Origin: Camelus ferus
Taxonomy: Eukaryota
DNA: 64,000 bases
Assembly (NCBI RefSeq): GCF_009834535.1
Contig: NC_045697.1
Coordinates: 19,160,001-19,224,000, forward strand
Reading direction: 5' to 3'
Made by a program: the position numbers and the translations under genes. Numbering within the stretch: position 1 is the first letter of the stretch; the number at the start of each line of letters is the position of its first letter. Below are positions 25,938 through 37,200 of the stretch, one piece after another. The notes under the pieces were generated by a model, which made no database searches, was not told the origin of the DNA, and was given only the letters and a program-made list of their open reading frames with translations.

Positions 25938-26644
25938 AGATAGGCAAGACAGGTGGTATCCCTCTTTGTAGATGAGGAGCCTGAGGTTTAGAGAGATTGT
26001 GTTCTTAGGTCACATAGTGTATGTAAGGAGAACTGGGTTAGAGCCCAGGATCCTAGTTCCTGTTCACTCTCCAGAAAATGTTGAGACACAGTTCCAAGTT
26101 AGTTTTTCTTTTGTTGTTGTTGTTTTTTTAAAAACTTGTGATCAGCTTTGAGCTCTGGGCACTGAAAGAACCTCCCTATGTCCATTCTTGAACTGTGTTT
26201 CTGTTAATAACCTAATTTTAGTTGGAAACCTCTAGATATTGATGTCAGCTCTTTCACTAGGACCTTGTACCTCCTCATTCCCTCTTTTTGGTTTGAATCC
26301 TATTGACTTAATGTTTTGAGTGTTACCTTAAGTTTGCCTGGAGGATCCACCTTACCTTGCCCTAAAGATTACTATTTTCACCTGTTAATTATTTCATTTA
26401 GACTTTCTGTCCTGGCCTTGCTGGGTCTGGCCTGGCTTGATATTCCTCATGACCTAGTATTGGTACTATCAAGGGTTGATGACTTGCTTTTTACTGTTCC
26501 CTTGGCCTTTTTGTAATGTTATTAGGTCTGGAGGGCTAAAACTATAAGGCTAGTAAAGCACAACTGATAAAAAGAACATTTTAAAACTGAAGGACTATTT
26601 TACTTTCATTCTGAAAATGCTTAAAATGGTTTATCAGTTACAGT

Positions 26645-27022
26645 TGTTAAAAGCCAAAATTCAACTGAGTACATTTTAAAGATCTTCTTGGCTTTGTCCA
26701 GTGATTCATGAATTGGGCAGCATCCCATTTAGTAGGTAGAAAGGAGCTCTGAGGAGCTGTACAAAATGAAAGACTTTTATAGGCAGAAAGGTGCAGAACA
26801 CGGAAGCAGATTGGTTGTCTCAAGGTCAGCTTCCTTTAGGGGACATTAGGGGCCTATCAGACCGATTACCTCAGTAGTGCTGACTAGATAATTCCTGCTT
26901 AACTGTTTTGAGATTCCATTCCTGGGAGAGGCTGAAACTAATTTAAGTATTAAGTCTTGGTTTGCTGATGTGGGGCTTAGCAAAAGTGACTCCATTATGG
27001 GCTTATTGTCTTATTTTTAACA
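26645..27022 (-). repeat. 3' LTR of the provirus (378 bp)
   Basis: TGTTAAAA…TTTTAACA termini. Adjacent PPT reads aaaagggggcgat on the minus strand (27023-27035). Homologous to 34602-34997. Confidence 0.93.
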
Positions 27023-27078
27023 ATCGCCCCCTTTTGATCAGACTCTTGGCCTAAGAGATATGATGAAAACTTAAGGCA

Positions 27079-28508
27079 TTAGTGCAACTGCCTGCTAATG
27101 CTCTCAAATTCTTGCAGTTTTTGCTGATCCTCTGTGTGGTATTCACAGGTCATGACTTCTGGTTCACATTTTTTAAGTAGGCCATTCTCTTTGTTCCTTC
27201 TCTGAAGTTCCAGTCTTACGGAGATCATTTGCTTGTTGGTTAGTGACTGCAGACATGCACTTAAAGCTTTTTTGAGAATACAGCATAGCAGGGAGACTGT
27301 TACGATTATTCCCCAAGACCTGAAACCAATTAAATCAAATAAGTCAAAGAAAGAGCCTGCTAAAGAAGTCACTTTCTTAAGCCAAGTGGCTTATTTAGTG
27401 ATCTTACGTAGCTGAGTTTCAGCTTCCCTGGAAGTGTTAATTCAGGTGTAGCAGCTGGTTTTGGTCACAACACAGACACCTTCTTGCTCAGCTAAAAGAT
27501 AATCAAGAGCTACCCCATTACCAAGAAGTTAAGGATATTTGTGGGGCAGCTATTGCTTTTGCAGCATATTCTGTTTTATCTTCAAGAGTTAAGGACAGGT
27601 TCCTGATCATAGCCTCATTTGTACTCACTCCTAACCAGGGAAGTATGAACCTGCCACAGGAAGTGAATCCTGAATCATGAGTGCCTCCTCTTAGGTCCCT
27701 TCTAACTTGATGATGTAAATTCATGGGAGTTGACCAATGAGGTGTCTCACTTTGATTGTGGGCAGTCAAGGGTACAGTTAGATCACCTAAGAGGCATTGC
27801 CAGCCATCTAGGCATTCATAGGTCCGAGGAGAATGATAGCCACCACAGACAAAGATGATTCCTGTTGGGGCACAGACCACTCCCGCTGAGATGGTCCTGT
27901 TAATGGATTCATTCACAGGGATTATTGCACTTGCCAGTTCAAGCCATGGGTCAGTTAGGTTTTCAGTGCATTTGGGAAGTAAATCTATCCCGAAGGAAAA
28001 AAAGTTCTAAATTCCTTACAAAGATGCGGGTGCTGGTAAGATCCTTTTGTAATTGGGGTAGGATCCAATTTATATAAGCATAAGAATGGGGGGGGGGTGC
28101 AAATGTACCATGGTTTATGTAGGTATTTGTGTCTAATTGGATAAATACAATTACAATTGGAGAAAAGTTAAAACAAAGCAGTGGATGTTCTGGCCATAAA
28201 AGTCAGACTCTGTAAGTGACTTCTAAGAGGGTTTGATTGTAGTTTGTTCCTCCCTTCCTTCCTCCCTGCATCCCTCCCTTCCTTCATTTTTTATAGTTTA
28301 TGATGACATTGGGAATAGAAGAAAAATTTGTCACAGGGAGCACCAGGAGGTCTCTAGCATCATGGACAAATTGGAGTTTCTGATAAGAAATCCAGGAGAA
28401 TGAAAGGTTACCCCTCGTAACAGTGGCCTGGGAGATATGGATGATGGCATTATCTTTCTAGACCAATGCCAGAGTAAAGGAAAAAAAGAGAAGAAACAAA
28501 GGCTTCAT
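27079..28508 (-). pseudogene. env: Retroviral env pseudogene
   Basis: ATG at 28508 (MKPLFLLFFFL, signal-peptide-like). Furin-like site HQVRR, then fusion peptide GRFILPWLGV and heptad AMIRNLSLTL. Immunosuppressive domain with decayed CX6CC reads NGVALDYLLAEQEGVCVVTKTSCYT*IN (~27436-27519), followed by the TM segment. Multiple stops and frameshifts. Confidence 0.9.
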
Positions 28509-28562
28509 GTTTAGCTAAAGTGTGAGGTCTTGATCCAGTGTCTTGTGTGGAAGCATTCTGCC

Positions 28563-31500
28563 TCAATGTTGGTTACTTCTCTTCCTAGTCAGTCTGGTTT
28601 GGAGGTCTCCAGTGTTTGCACAGGACCAGATGTCAGATGTAGCCTTCTTCAGCTGTGAAATGTGTACCCAAGTTTTAATGCCTTCGAGTTTCATGTTAGT
28701 GTCAGTGGTCAGGAGCACTTGGTAAGGTCCTTCCCAGTGGGGCTCAAGGGCTATCTTGTTGCCATTTCCAGAATATCTAATCACCAAACTCTAGACTGTG
28801 ACCAACAGGATCCTTTGAATTGGGATCTGGGAACAACTTTTTTAACCTGTTGATGATAGGCTTTAGCATAAGAAAGACTTACAGTGGTTGGTCATATTAG
28901 CATATGATAACAAGGAGTTGGCAGAAAGTTGTATACCAGTAGCTCATGTGGAATGAGTTTGTTTCCTAAAAGGAGTACTGCAAACAGCCAGCAAGATCAA
29001 GAGGCAGTCCCTTAGGCCAAGGGAATCCAGTAGTTTCAGCAAGTTTTGCAGAGTTTTTGTTAAAGCTTGTATGATTTGCCCAGTGAAGTGAGTGCCCGCA
29101 TCACTGGAGATTGTGGAAGGTATACAGAAGTGGGAAACAGGTTTTCTAACAGTTTCTTTGCCACTGTGATGGCATTAGCCTTGTGGCAAGGGAGGGCTTC
29201 ATCCCATCCAGAGAACATACATACAGTAACAAGAGCGTATTGCTAACCCATACTAGGTGACAGTTGAATGAAGTCCAGTTGTAGGTGCTCAAAGGGTCTA
29301 GAGGGAGGAGGTTTGAGGCCTCTGGAAACAAAAACAGTTTTCCCAGGATGTAGACTTGCCAGGTCAGACATTGGTGGTAAACAGTTTTATGGAAGTCTCC
29401 TCACTCATGTGTATTCATAATTTGAGTCATCTTAATTGCACCACAGTGGGTAAAGGAATGCAAATACTGGAAGATGGGGTTTGCGAGGGAGCCAGGAAGA
29501 ACCAAGTGGCCATCTTGTGTTTCTGTAACCCCAGCTATTCATTTACTTTACAACCATTATTTGCCCATCATGGTTTCTCTGATTCAGGAGCACATTGTTG
29601 CCATGTTGCAAGGACATTAGGATGACAAAGGTCTGGCAACAAGGGGGTCAGTTTTTACAGAAGCAGAATGGACTTTATCTACATGTGCCACACCTTTACA
29701 GATTCTGTTGCTGCTGCCTGTGCACGAAAGTCATCTAGGGCATTTCCCTGATAGTCAGGTTCAATCCTTTCAGTGTGAGCCTCAATTTTGATATAGTTTC
29801 AGAAGGTGAGATAACAGCAGCAAGAACGTCATTTATTTGTTGTCCATTTTTGGTTGGAGTCCTAATGGATGTAAGAAAACCCCTTTGTTTCCATGACGTC
29901 CCCAAATCATAGATGACCCAAAAGCACATCAGCTGTCAGTATAGATATTAACAGTCTGTCCTTCTGATAATTGGCATGTTCTGGTAAGTGCATGGGGCTT
30001 TGCTTGTTGGGCCAACTTAGCTAGTGGGAGATTTCCCCTCTCAAGTAGTTCGTCTTGAATAGTAACAACTTAGCCAGCTGGGAAATTCCCATTTTCATTT
30101 GTGTAGTATGACCCATCAACAAACAAGATTAGATCAGTATTAGTCAAAGGGGCATCTAGTAAATTGGTGTCACGAAATGGAGTGTTGTTGTCTTGCGGGC
30201 GTGGGTTCCGCCTTTATCAGGCGGAGGTAGTAACAACAGTTAAGAACACTGCAGTGTTCAACGTACAGATTAAGGTGGTGAAAGAGCTCATAAGAAGTTA
30301 GTCTGTTTGAAGAGAATTGCTGAGTCAATTCAGAATTAAGAAGATTTTGGACAGGATGTAGAGTTTGTAAATAAATGTCATTTCCTAGGATTAAATCTGC
30401 TGAGGCTTCTACTAAGTTTGCAGCTGCAGCTATAGCCTTAAGGCAGTTGGGCTAGACACAGACAGCTGAAGCAAGTTGGATGCTGTAATAGGCCGTGGGC
30501 CTGTGTTTATTACCATGGTCTTGCATGAGCATTCCCAGGGCTTGGTTACATTGTTCATGTACAAATAAGGTGAAAGGCTTTGCATCATTAGGTAGCCCTT
30601 GGGCAGGTGGTTCTTGCAGCACTTGTTTTAGTCTTATAGAGGCCTACTCAGGTTTATCATCCCAGAGTAGGGGTTCAGGGACTAAATTTTAGTAAATTCA
30701 GAGTGGGAGAGCTGATAGAGAAAAATTAGGAACCTGTAGTCTACAACAGCCAGGCAGGCCTAGGAACCCATGAAGCTGTTGCTTAGTTGTAGGCCTACAA
30801 AATTTTTAGATTAGTTTAACTCTTTTTGGAGATAACTGGACTCCTAGTGTTTAGATTATGACCTAGGTAATGAACAGGGTCTCAAGATAATTATAATTTT
30901 TCCTCAAAGACTGTATATTTCTGTTTTCAGTGAACTGTTACAGCAAATTAATGGAATTTTTTATGGATGCCGTTTTGCATAGCAAAGGGTTATCCACGTA
31001 CTGTAGAAAGATTCATTTCCTGGTGAACTGGAGGGTACATCTTGGTGGAGCACTTAGGAGAAGTAAGAAAGGGCTTCAGTGAATCCTTGAGGCTTACCTA
31101 TCCAGGTATATTGTTGATTGTTCCAAGTGGAAACAAATAGGTTTGGCTGTCGGAGTGGAGTCTACAGGGATGCTGAAGAAGGCTGAACATAGATCCATAG
31201 CAGTGAACCATTTTGAGTCAGGTGGAATTTGCGACAGAAGGTTGTTTGAGTTTGGAACAACTGGGAAATGAGGAAGAGCTGTCTTGTTAATAGCACTTAA
31301 GCTGTGGACAAATCGCCATCCTTAAAGATTAACCCTTGCATGATTAGGTCTTCTATTGGTGTGAGGCCTTATATGGCCTTGGGCTTTAGTGGATGTTGAG
31401 GCAATTTAGAAAAAGGTTTAGATATATGTATATCTGAATTTTTATAGGTTCTATGCTTTTACTCTTCTGATGACAGTATTAGAGGTAGCCCACAGATTGT

Positions 31501-32609
31501 TGGGTACCTTGATTAAATTAGGGATCTTTTGCTGGAATTCTTACTCTTCTGTATCAAGGACAAATTGTAAAGAACATAAAAAATCAGGTTCAGATTGGTC
31601 AGGAAATTCTAAGGTGAGGTCTCCATTGGAGGCAAAACGTATTAGCCCTTTTAATTTAGAAAGCGGATTTTTTTACTGAAAGATTAACTGGAGCTGTATC
31701 ACATAGCAAAAAGGGAAGTTTTTCAGGGGAAGGTCTCAGAGTCATTTGTACTGGTGATGCAGGAGAACAGATGTGGGACATGCGTAGGGCCGAGTCCCAG
31801 GTCTCGGTTGAGCCCCTGGGGCGTGCCCCGCCAAGTGTGGGTCCTTGGCTTCCGCAGGAAAGAATTCAAGAGCGAGCCACAGTTGAATGAAGGTAGATTT
31901 ATTCAGACAGATACAGTGAAAGGCAAGAGAAAGGCCATGAGGTGTGGGGTTTGGGTGCTCAGATTAAAAGTAGATACACACTTCCTAGACAGAATGTGGG
32001 CTGTCTCTGAAGACGGAGAGAGAGGGGCAGCCTCGAGGCACCGTGTTGCTGGTTTTTATGGGCTTGGTGGCTTCATATGCTAATAAGTGGAAGGACCAGT
32101 CTAAGTAGCCTGGGAAAGGGGCTGGGATTCCCAGGAATTTGGCCATTTTCCACTCTTCTACCTTTTGTGGCTAGCCTTGGGATTGCCGTGGTGCCTGTGG
32201 GTGTGTTATTCACCATGTTAATATATTACAATGGGTGTATGATGAAGCTCAAGATCTACTAGAAGTTAAATCTCTCGTCATCCTGAGCCTCAAGGCCTAC
32301 CGGGGGTTGAATCTTTCACCATTTTGATGTTAATTGCTGTAGCATTTCTTGAATGGCTGTGCCCTGCCCCCTTCCATCCTGTCTCACTGGTTGAGATAGA
32401 AACACTGTTCATTACATACCCCGACTACAGAAATTTTTTTTACTCTGAGTGATTTGTTCTTCTCTGGGAGTGGGGTTTAAAGTAGAGAGTGTAGCTCCAG
32501 GATCTACCAGAATTTGGAAAGGTTTTCCATCAATTTGAATTTTAGTTTTCCTGTGGCTGTCTATGGGAATTAATGGTAGCAGTTTACTGGAGAGTTCCTT
32601 GGAGTCTCG
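28563..32609 (-). pseudogene. pol: Retroviral pro-pol pseudogene, interrupted by a nested LTR
   Basis: Protease ILVDPGATLS (~32484-32513). RT DLCSAFFSIP, PQGFTEA and LQYVDN (~30989-31006). RNase H ILFVDGSY (~30106-30129). Integrase C-terminus LEPHWEGPYQVLLTT. Catalytic motifs are mutated and the frame is disrupted. Confidence 0.92.
31755..32386 (-). mobile_element. Solo ERV1-type LTR (632 bp) nested in the provirus protease region
   Basis: TG…CA termini and perfect 4-bp TSD CTGG (31751-31754 and 32387-32390). Minus-strand AATAAA at about 31898-31903. Visibly more CpGs than the flanks. A related copy is at 1885-2308. Confidence 0.92.
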
Positions 32610-33964
32610 TCAGTCCTAGGAGGGGTCCGTATGGGGGCCCTCCTGCAGGGATATATGTGGGGGCATTGAAGTCGATGTTGAAGGATTTGCATAAGATCTT
32701 TGAGGACCGTCTTTTTTCCAGTGTCCCAGTTGGTTGCAAATGAGACATTGATTACTGGGCCTGCATTTTGATGATGGACCCCCTAGGAGTGTACAACAGG
32801 GGAGGCTCAGATGTTATTTTGGGTTCTGGCTTTGGAGCTATTGTAGCTGTAAGGCTAATAGCTTGGTGGACTTTTGTTTCAAAGTTTTTTTTAAAGTGTC
32901 CAGCTATAGTTTTGAGTTCAGTCAGACTGGTGGCTTCCCATCCTATTTTCTGCCTTTTTATGAATCCACTAATCTCAGGGAATACTCCATTTACAAATAG
33001 GGCAGCTAGAGCAGGTTAGGTGACATCATTTACTGTATGAAACCCAGAATACTGTAGGAAGAGAGCTTTCAGATGGGCTTTCACATCTGCCGCAGATTCA
33101 TCTTTCTTCTGTTTGCATGTGAGAATAATAGACCGATCAGTGCAGGCAGGGAAGACTAGGAATAGCTTTTAAAGGATCGATCGCTGTTTTGTGAGCTTTT
33201 TCTGTTCTATGGAGGAGAGGACCAAGTTAGAGATTGAGGATCTCGGAAATCATCCTCGAGGTTATGCCATTCTCCTTCATGCATGCATTTTTGGACTTTA
33301 CCAGGTCCTACCAGCAAGTGCACAAGTCGATAAAGACCTGGCAGCACCGGGGTCATAGAATTCTAAATTCTTCAGAAAACTTTCGGAGATATCCCCTTGA
33401 GTTTAGTAAATTCTTTAACTATGGCCCTTAGTTTGGTCTTTGACCAAGGAGTGAAAGTTTCTTGAAGAGGATTGCCTCCAGCCTCGGGTGGCCTTATTTT
33501 AAAGAGTAACTGTTTAATAGTCTTTTCAGAGTGGAAAGGCAATTTCCTGAGTACTCAGGACAAGGAGAATAAAAGGGAGCGGTAAGACTCATGTCAGTCT
33601 TACTGTCTGTTTTAGGTACCACTTGTGTATATAATTTTTCATAGATTTTTTGCAACAGATCTTTCAGTGAAGCTATTTTGGAATCTTTAAACCTTTCGGA
33701 GGCTTTTGCATATGAATTAAAATAGATACCCTATCCTGTTTGTTTGATTTGGGCACCCTTGCTTTCAAGTGTAGTTCTTAAATGAGTGTTCTTACCTGAT
33801 TGGAGTGTTCCCCATAATAGCCATTGTAATTCTAGGTTGTCTTTAGTAAAATTTTGCCGTTTTTGTTCATATTTACAACTTCTGGGACCACAGTTCTTAG
33901 ACATAAAATGAGCAGGTATGCCAGAAAGTGGCATGCTCAACTCTGTGGAACTTAAGGATCCCAT
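32610..33964 (-). pseudogene. gag: Retroviral gag pseudogene
   Basis: Starts MGSLSS at 33964 (myristoylation-type). Single decayed zinc knuckle CLICNQLGHWKKDG at 32706-32747. Ends TAG GAC TGA in the same frame as the protease. Confidence 0.85.
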
Positions 33965-34579
33965 TTCTTTAGCTAAGCATTGGATCATTGCCTCATGGAA
34001 TCAAATTCAAACTTAAGGGGGATATGCTGTTGGGTTGGGGCTCATGTGGTGTTTTATGGTGTACCTCACTGCATGGAAATTTTCTTGAGGTTGGCAAGTG
34101 ACCCAGTCAAACCAGTTCTGTGATGAACTTAAAAATTTAACACAAGAGTCTAGAGTTAGGTGTGACTGCTCTAACAGTCTTTAAGTACTTAACTCATGAC
34201 CCCCAATTTCTTGGCTTTGGCTTTTGAGATTACCATTAGCATCAGCTTCATGTTCACATTAACAAGAGACCAGTGGTAACCTGGCGAAGAGAAGGCCTTG
34301 TAGGCACCACTGGCAGTTTACAGTGTATAATCTGGGGACTGAACCAAGGGCCTGGAGTTTGAGTTCCAGGTGGAACCAACCATCTGCTAGCTCAAGTTGA
34401 CCTTCTCTAAACTGGAAGGCCTATCAGATTGGTAGCTCAGTGCAAAGAGAGCAGATCTAGAACTGAGAGGAGCTCACCCACAGCTCTTGGAAATAGTGAG
34501 AAAGAGAACTCAAAAGGGTTTGCAGGTACCAGTGCCTGTGTTTCTTGTTGTACCTGAAGCCATCAGAAATTTCCTTTGG

Positions 34580-34597
34580 ATCCCACTGCTGCCACCA
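34580..34597 (-). promoter_or_regulatory. Primer-binding site complementary to tRNA-Leu
   Basis: Plus strand atcccactgctgccacca matches 17/18 nt of the 3' end of mammalian tRNA-Leu(AAG) as I recall it (ATCCCACCGCTGCCACCA). It lies 4 nt from the 5' LTR. Confidence 0.85.
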
Positions 34598-34601
34598 ATA
34601 C

Positions 34602-34997
34602 TATTAGAAAACAAAATTCAGTTGAGTAAATCTAAAAGATCTTACTGGCTTTATGCAGTGGTTCGTGAATCAGGCAGCATCCCGTCTAGCAGACAGAAAG
34701 GAGCTCTGAGGAACCGTACCAAGTGAGAGACTTTCATGGGCAGAAGGGAGCGGACACGGAAGTTACACCAGCAACAAACAGGTGGGTTGTGTTATGGCAA
34801 GGTCTCCTTCCTTTAGGGGATGACTGGGGTCTGTCAGGCAGATTATCTCACTAGTGCTGATCAGGTGATTCCTGATTTATTGGTTTAGGATTCTGTTCTT
34901 GGGAGAGACCATAACTATAATTAAGTCAGTCTTGGTTTGGTGCTGTGGGGCTTAGCATAAGTGACTTCATTTTGGCCCTGTTGTCTTGTTTTTATCA
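34602..34997 (-). repeat. 5' LTR of the provirus (396 bp)
   Basis: Homologous to 26645-27022, with about 32 mismatches in the first ~150 nt by hand count. Adjacent to the PBS and followed by TSD CAGT. Confidence 0.93.
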
Positions 34998-35001
34998 CAG
35001 T

Positions 35002-35245
35002 TCAGGTTTTCCTATCTCTGCACTGGTTCCCTCAGCAGCTCCTGCTCTTAAGTCTCTTTTAGTAAACTGAGGCTCTCTGTAGTTGCGTGTCAACTCTCCA
35101 GGCTTAGGGGCCTGGGTTTGTTGTGTCTTCCTCTCTTTTATGGATCTAAGAGATGTTTATTTTTCAGTCTGTTCAGCTTTTTACTTGTTAGAATGGAGTG
35201 GTGACTCCCAAGACCCTTGCATGTAGAACCGGGAACCAGAAGTCT
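35002..35245 (-). mobile_element. Ancient L1M (L1MC/MD-type) 5'-end fragment
   Basis: tggatctaagag…ttttcagtctgttcagctttttacttgttagaatggagtggtgactcccaag…aaccagaagtc resembles the L1M 5' terminus. Confidence 0.6.
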
Positions 35246-35769
35246 CTTACATAAGATTTTTGTCGTTCGGATTCTCCTTTCCTTTCTTTCACTTTCTAGG
35301 AGGCTTTATTCAGGTACATAGCTTTGATTATCTGTGTATATTCAGTTCTGACTTTTTTCCTGAATACCAGTTTCACATTTTGTCTGCTGGGATCTCCAAC
35401 TTGGTGTCCTAAATTCTAAAAAAAATTCATAACAATCTCTTGTTTTCCTGTTTAGGAAGTCTCATGCTGAGCCAATTACTGCCTTCCTTACAAAACTATT
35501 TCCCCTGAAGTTTGTTATTTTTATTGGTGTTATCACTCTTACCTACAACTCAGGCTTAATGCTCCATACTCGTCTTTCTCTGCCTTCTTGTCTCCTCTGA
35601 ATTGTTGTTTTATTATTATTATTATTTGGTTTTCCAACTTGTCTTGCCATCGCTCATCTTTTCCGCCTTTAAAGTAAATTCTGACCATTTGTACTTGATT
35701 AAAATATTTTAGAGTATGGTATTTTGCTATTCCCTGCCTCCTTTCAACTTGGACTGGGTCTTCATAGAC

Positions 35770-35954
35770 CAGTAGTCTCAAACTTAAATGTGCATCAGAA
35801 TCACCTGGAAGACTTGTTAAAACACAAATGGCCAAGCCCATCTTCAGAGTTTCTGATTCAGTAGGTCTGGGATTAGACCCAAGAATTTGCCTTTTTAAAT
35901 ATTCCCAAGGGATGTTGACGTTGTTGTCTAGTGACCATGCTTTGAGAATCACTG
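35770..35954. mobile_element. MER5A hAT-Charlie MITE
   Basis: TIRs cagtagtctcaaac and ctttgagaatcactg. Core gcatcagaatcacctgga…gtttctgattcagtaggtctggg. Explains spurious ORFs 35539-36000 and 35828-36016. Confidence 0.85.
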
Positions 35955-36743
35955 CTAAAGTCCACCAAGTATGGTCTAGATTTCTTAATTCGGCATTCAC
36001 GATCTTCTGTAGTTAGTTCCTAATCTGCTCTTTTAGCCATTGCTATTTACTGCACAGCTTCTTTACACACTCTTTACTCTAGCCAAAGTGAACTACTGAC
36101 AGGCAGCTGTTTGTACACATCCTGTGTTCTCATGAGGCATTTCACTCATAATTTCTCACAGTCTCTTCCTGTTCCATTTTGCATGTCAAATGATACCCAT
36201 TTTTAAGATTAATTTTTAGATTTTGCTGAAATAGAACTTCATCTATATAAAGTCTTCCTTGTTTATTTTAAATTTTTTCTATTGTTCCTCTAAGCCAGAG
36301 TAACGTTGTACCATGTCTTTCCCTTATGGCATTTGTTGGTTTATAGTTTAGCCTGACCCTTATTTTCATTTTATTCTTTTCTTTCAGTCAACTTTTTGTA
36401 TTTTATTTGTTTCACATTGGTTATCTGGCATATGTTTGGTAATTGAGAGAAGTTAAACTCTTTCTGTAGGCTATAACTAGGAGCCCTAACAGGCCACCAT
36501 TCCCTGACTACCAATATAGGATTGTCTTATTCAAAGAAATGGATTACAGTTGCTACCCTGAGTCTCAGTGATGGAAGTATTTTAAACTCCTTTGCTCTTT
36601 TCTACCCTTAAAAAATCAATGAATGATAGAAAAAGACATTTAAAAATTACAATATATGGCAGGTTAATGGGATCTCAGAGGTTGGCTTTCTTAATGATCC
36701 TGAGGGTTGAGCAGTACATTTCAAGTAAATATGTCTTTTGTCA

Positions 36744-36745
36744 CA

Positions 36746-36788
<43 letters not shown>
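36744..36788. repeat. (CA)n microsatellite
   Basis: About 20 uninterrupted CA units at the 5' boundary of an L1 fragment. Confidence 0.97.
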
Positions 36789-36791
<3 letters not shown>

Positions 36792-37200
36792 GGAGTACTA
36801 CTCAGTCATAAAAAGAATGAAAATTTTGCCATTTGCAACAACATGGATGGACTTGGGAACATTATGTTAAGTGAAGTAAGTTGGACAGAGAAGGATAAAT
36901 ACTATATGATATCATTTACATGTGAAATCTAAAAAATATAACAAACTAGTGAATATAAGAAAAAAGAAGCAGACTCACAGAGAACAAACTAGTGGTTTCC
37001 AGTGGAGAGAGGGAAGGGGGAAGGGGCAGTCCAGGGGTAGGGGATTAAGAAGTACAAACTATTATGTATAAAATAAGCTACAGGGATATATTGTACAACC
37101 CAGGGAATATAGCCAATATTTTATAATAACTGTAAATGGAGTAAAACCTTTAAAAATTGTGAATCACTGTATTGTACCCCTATAACTTATATAATAGAAA
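36785..37200 (+). mobile_element. L1 3'-end fragment, same type as 13936-14537
   Basis: caatggagtactactcagtcataaaaagaatgaaaattttgccatttgcaacaacatggatgga… The 3' UTR closely parallels 14080-14500. Confidence 0.9.

Larger units (their letters stand above)
26645..34997 (-). mobile_element. Full-structure but decayed class I (gamma-like/ERV1) endogenous retrovirus, antisense to STIM2
   Basis: Two homologous LTRs, 4-bp TSD CAGT (26641-26644 and 34998-35001), PBS, PPT, and gag, pro, RT, RNase H, IN and env motifs in the correct order on the minus strand. Confidence 0.95.

Noticed and set aside
27079..27916. Possible domesticated syncytin-like env
   Set aside because: Frameshift before the ISD, in-frame stops, and loss of the last Cys of CX6CC.
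35539..36016. 153-aa and 62-aa ORFs
   Set aside because: They overlap a MER5A MITE and low-complexity DNA, with no recognisable domain.
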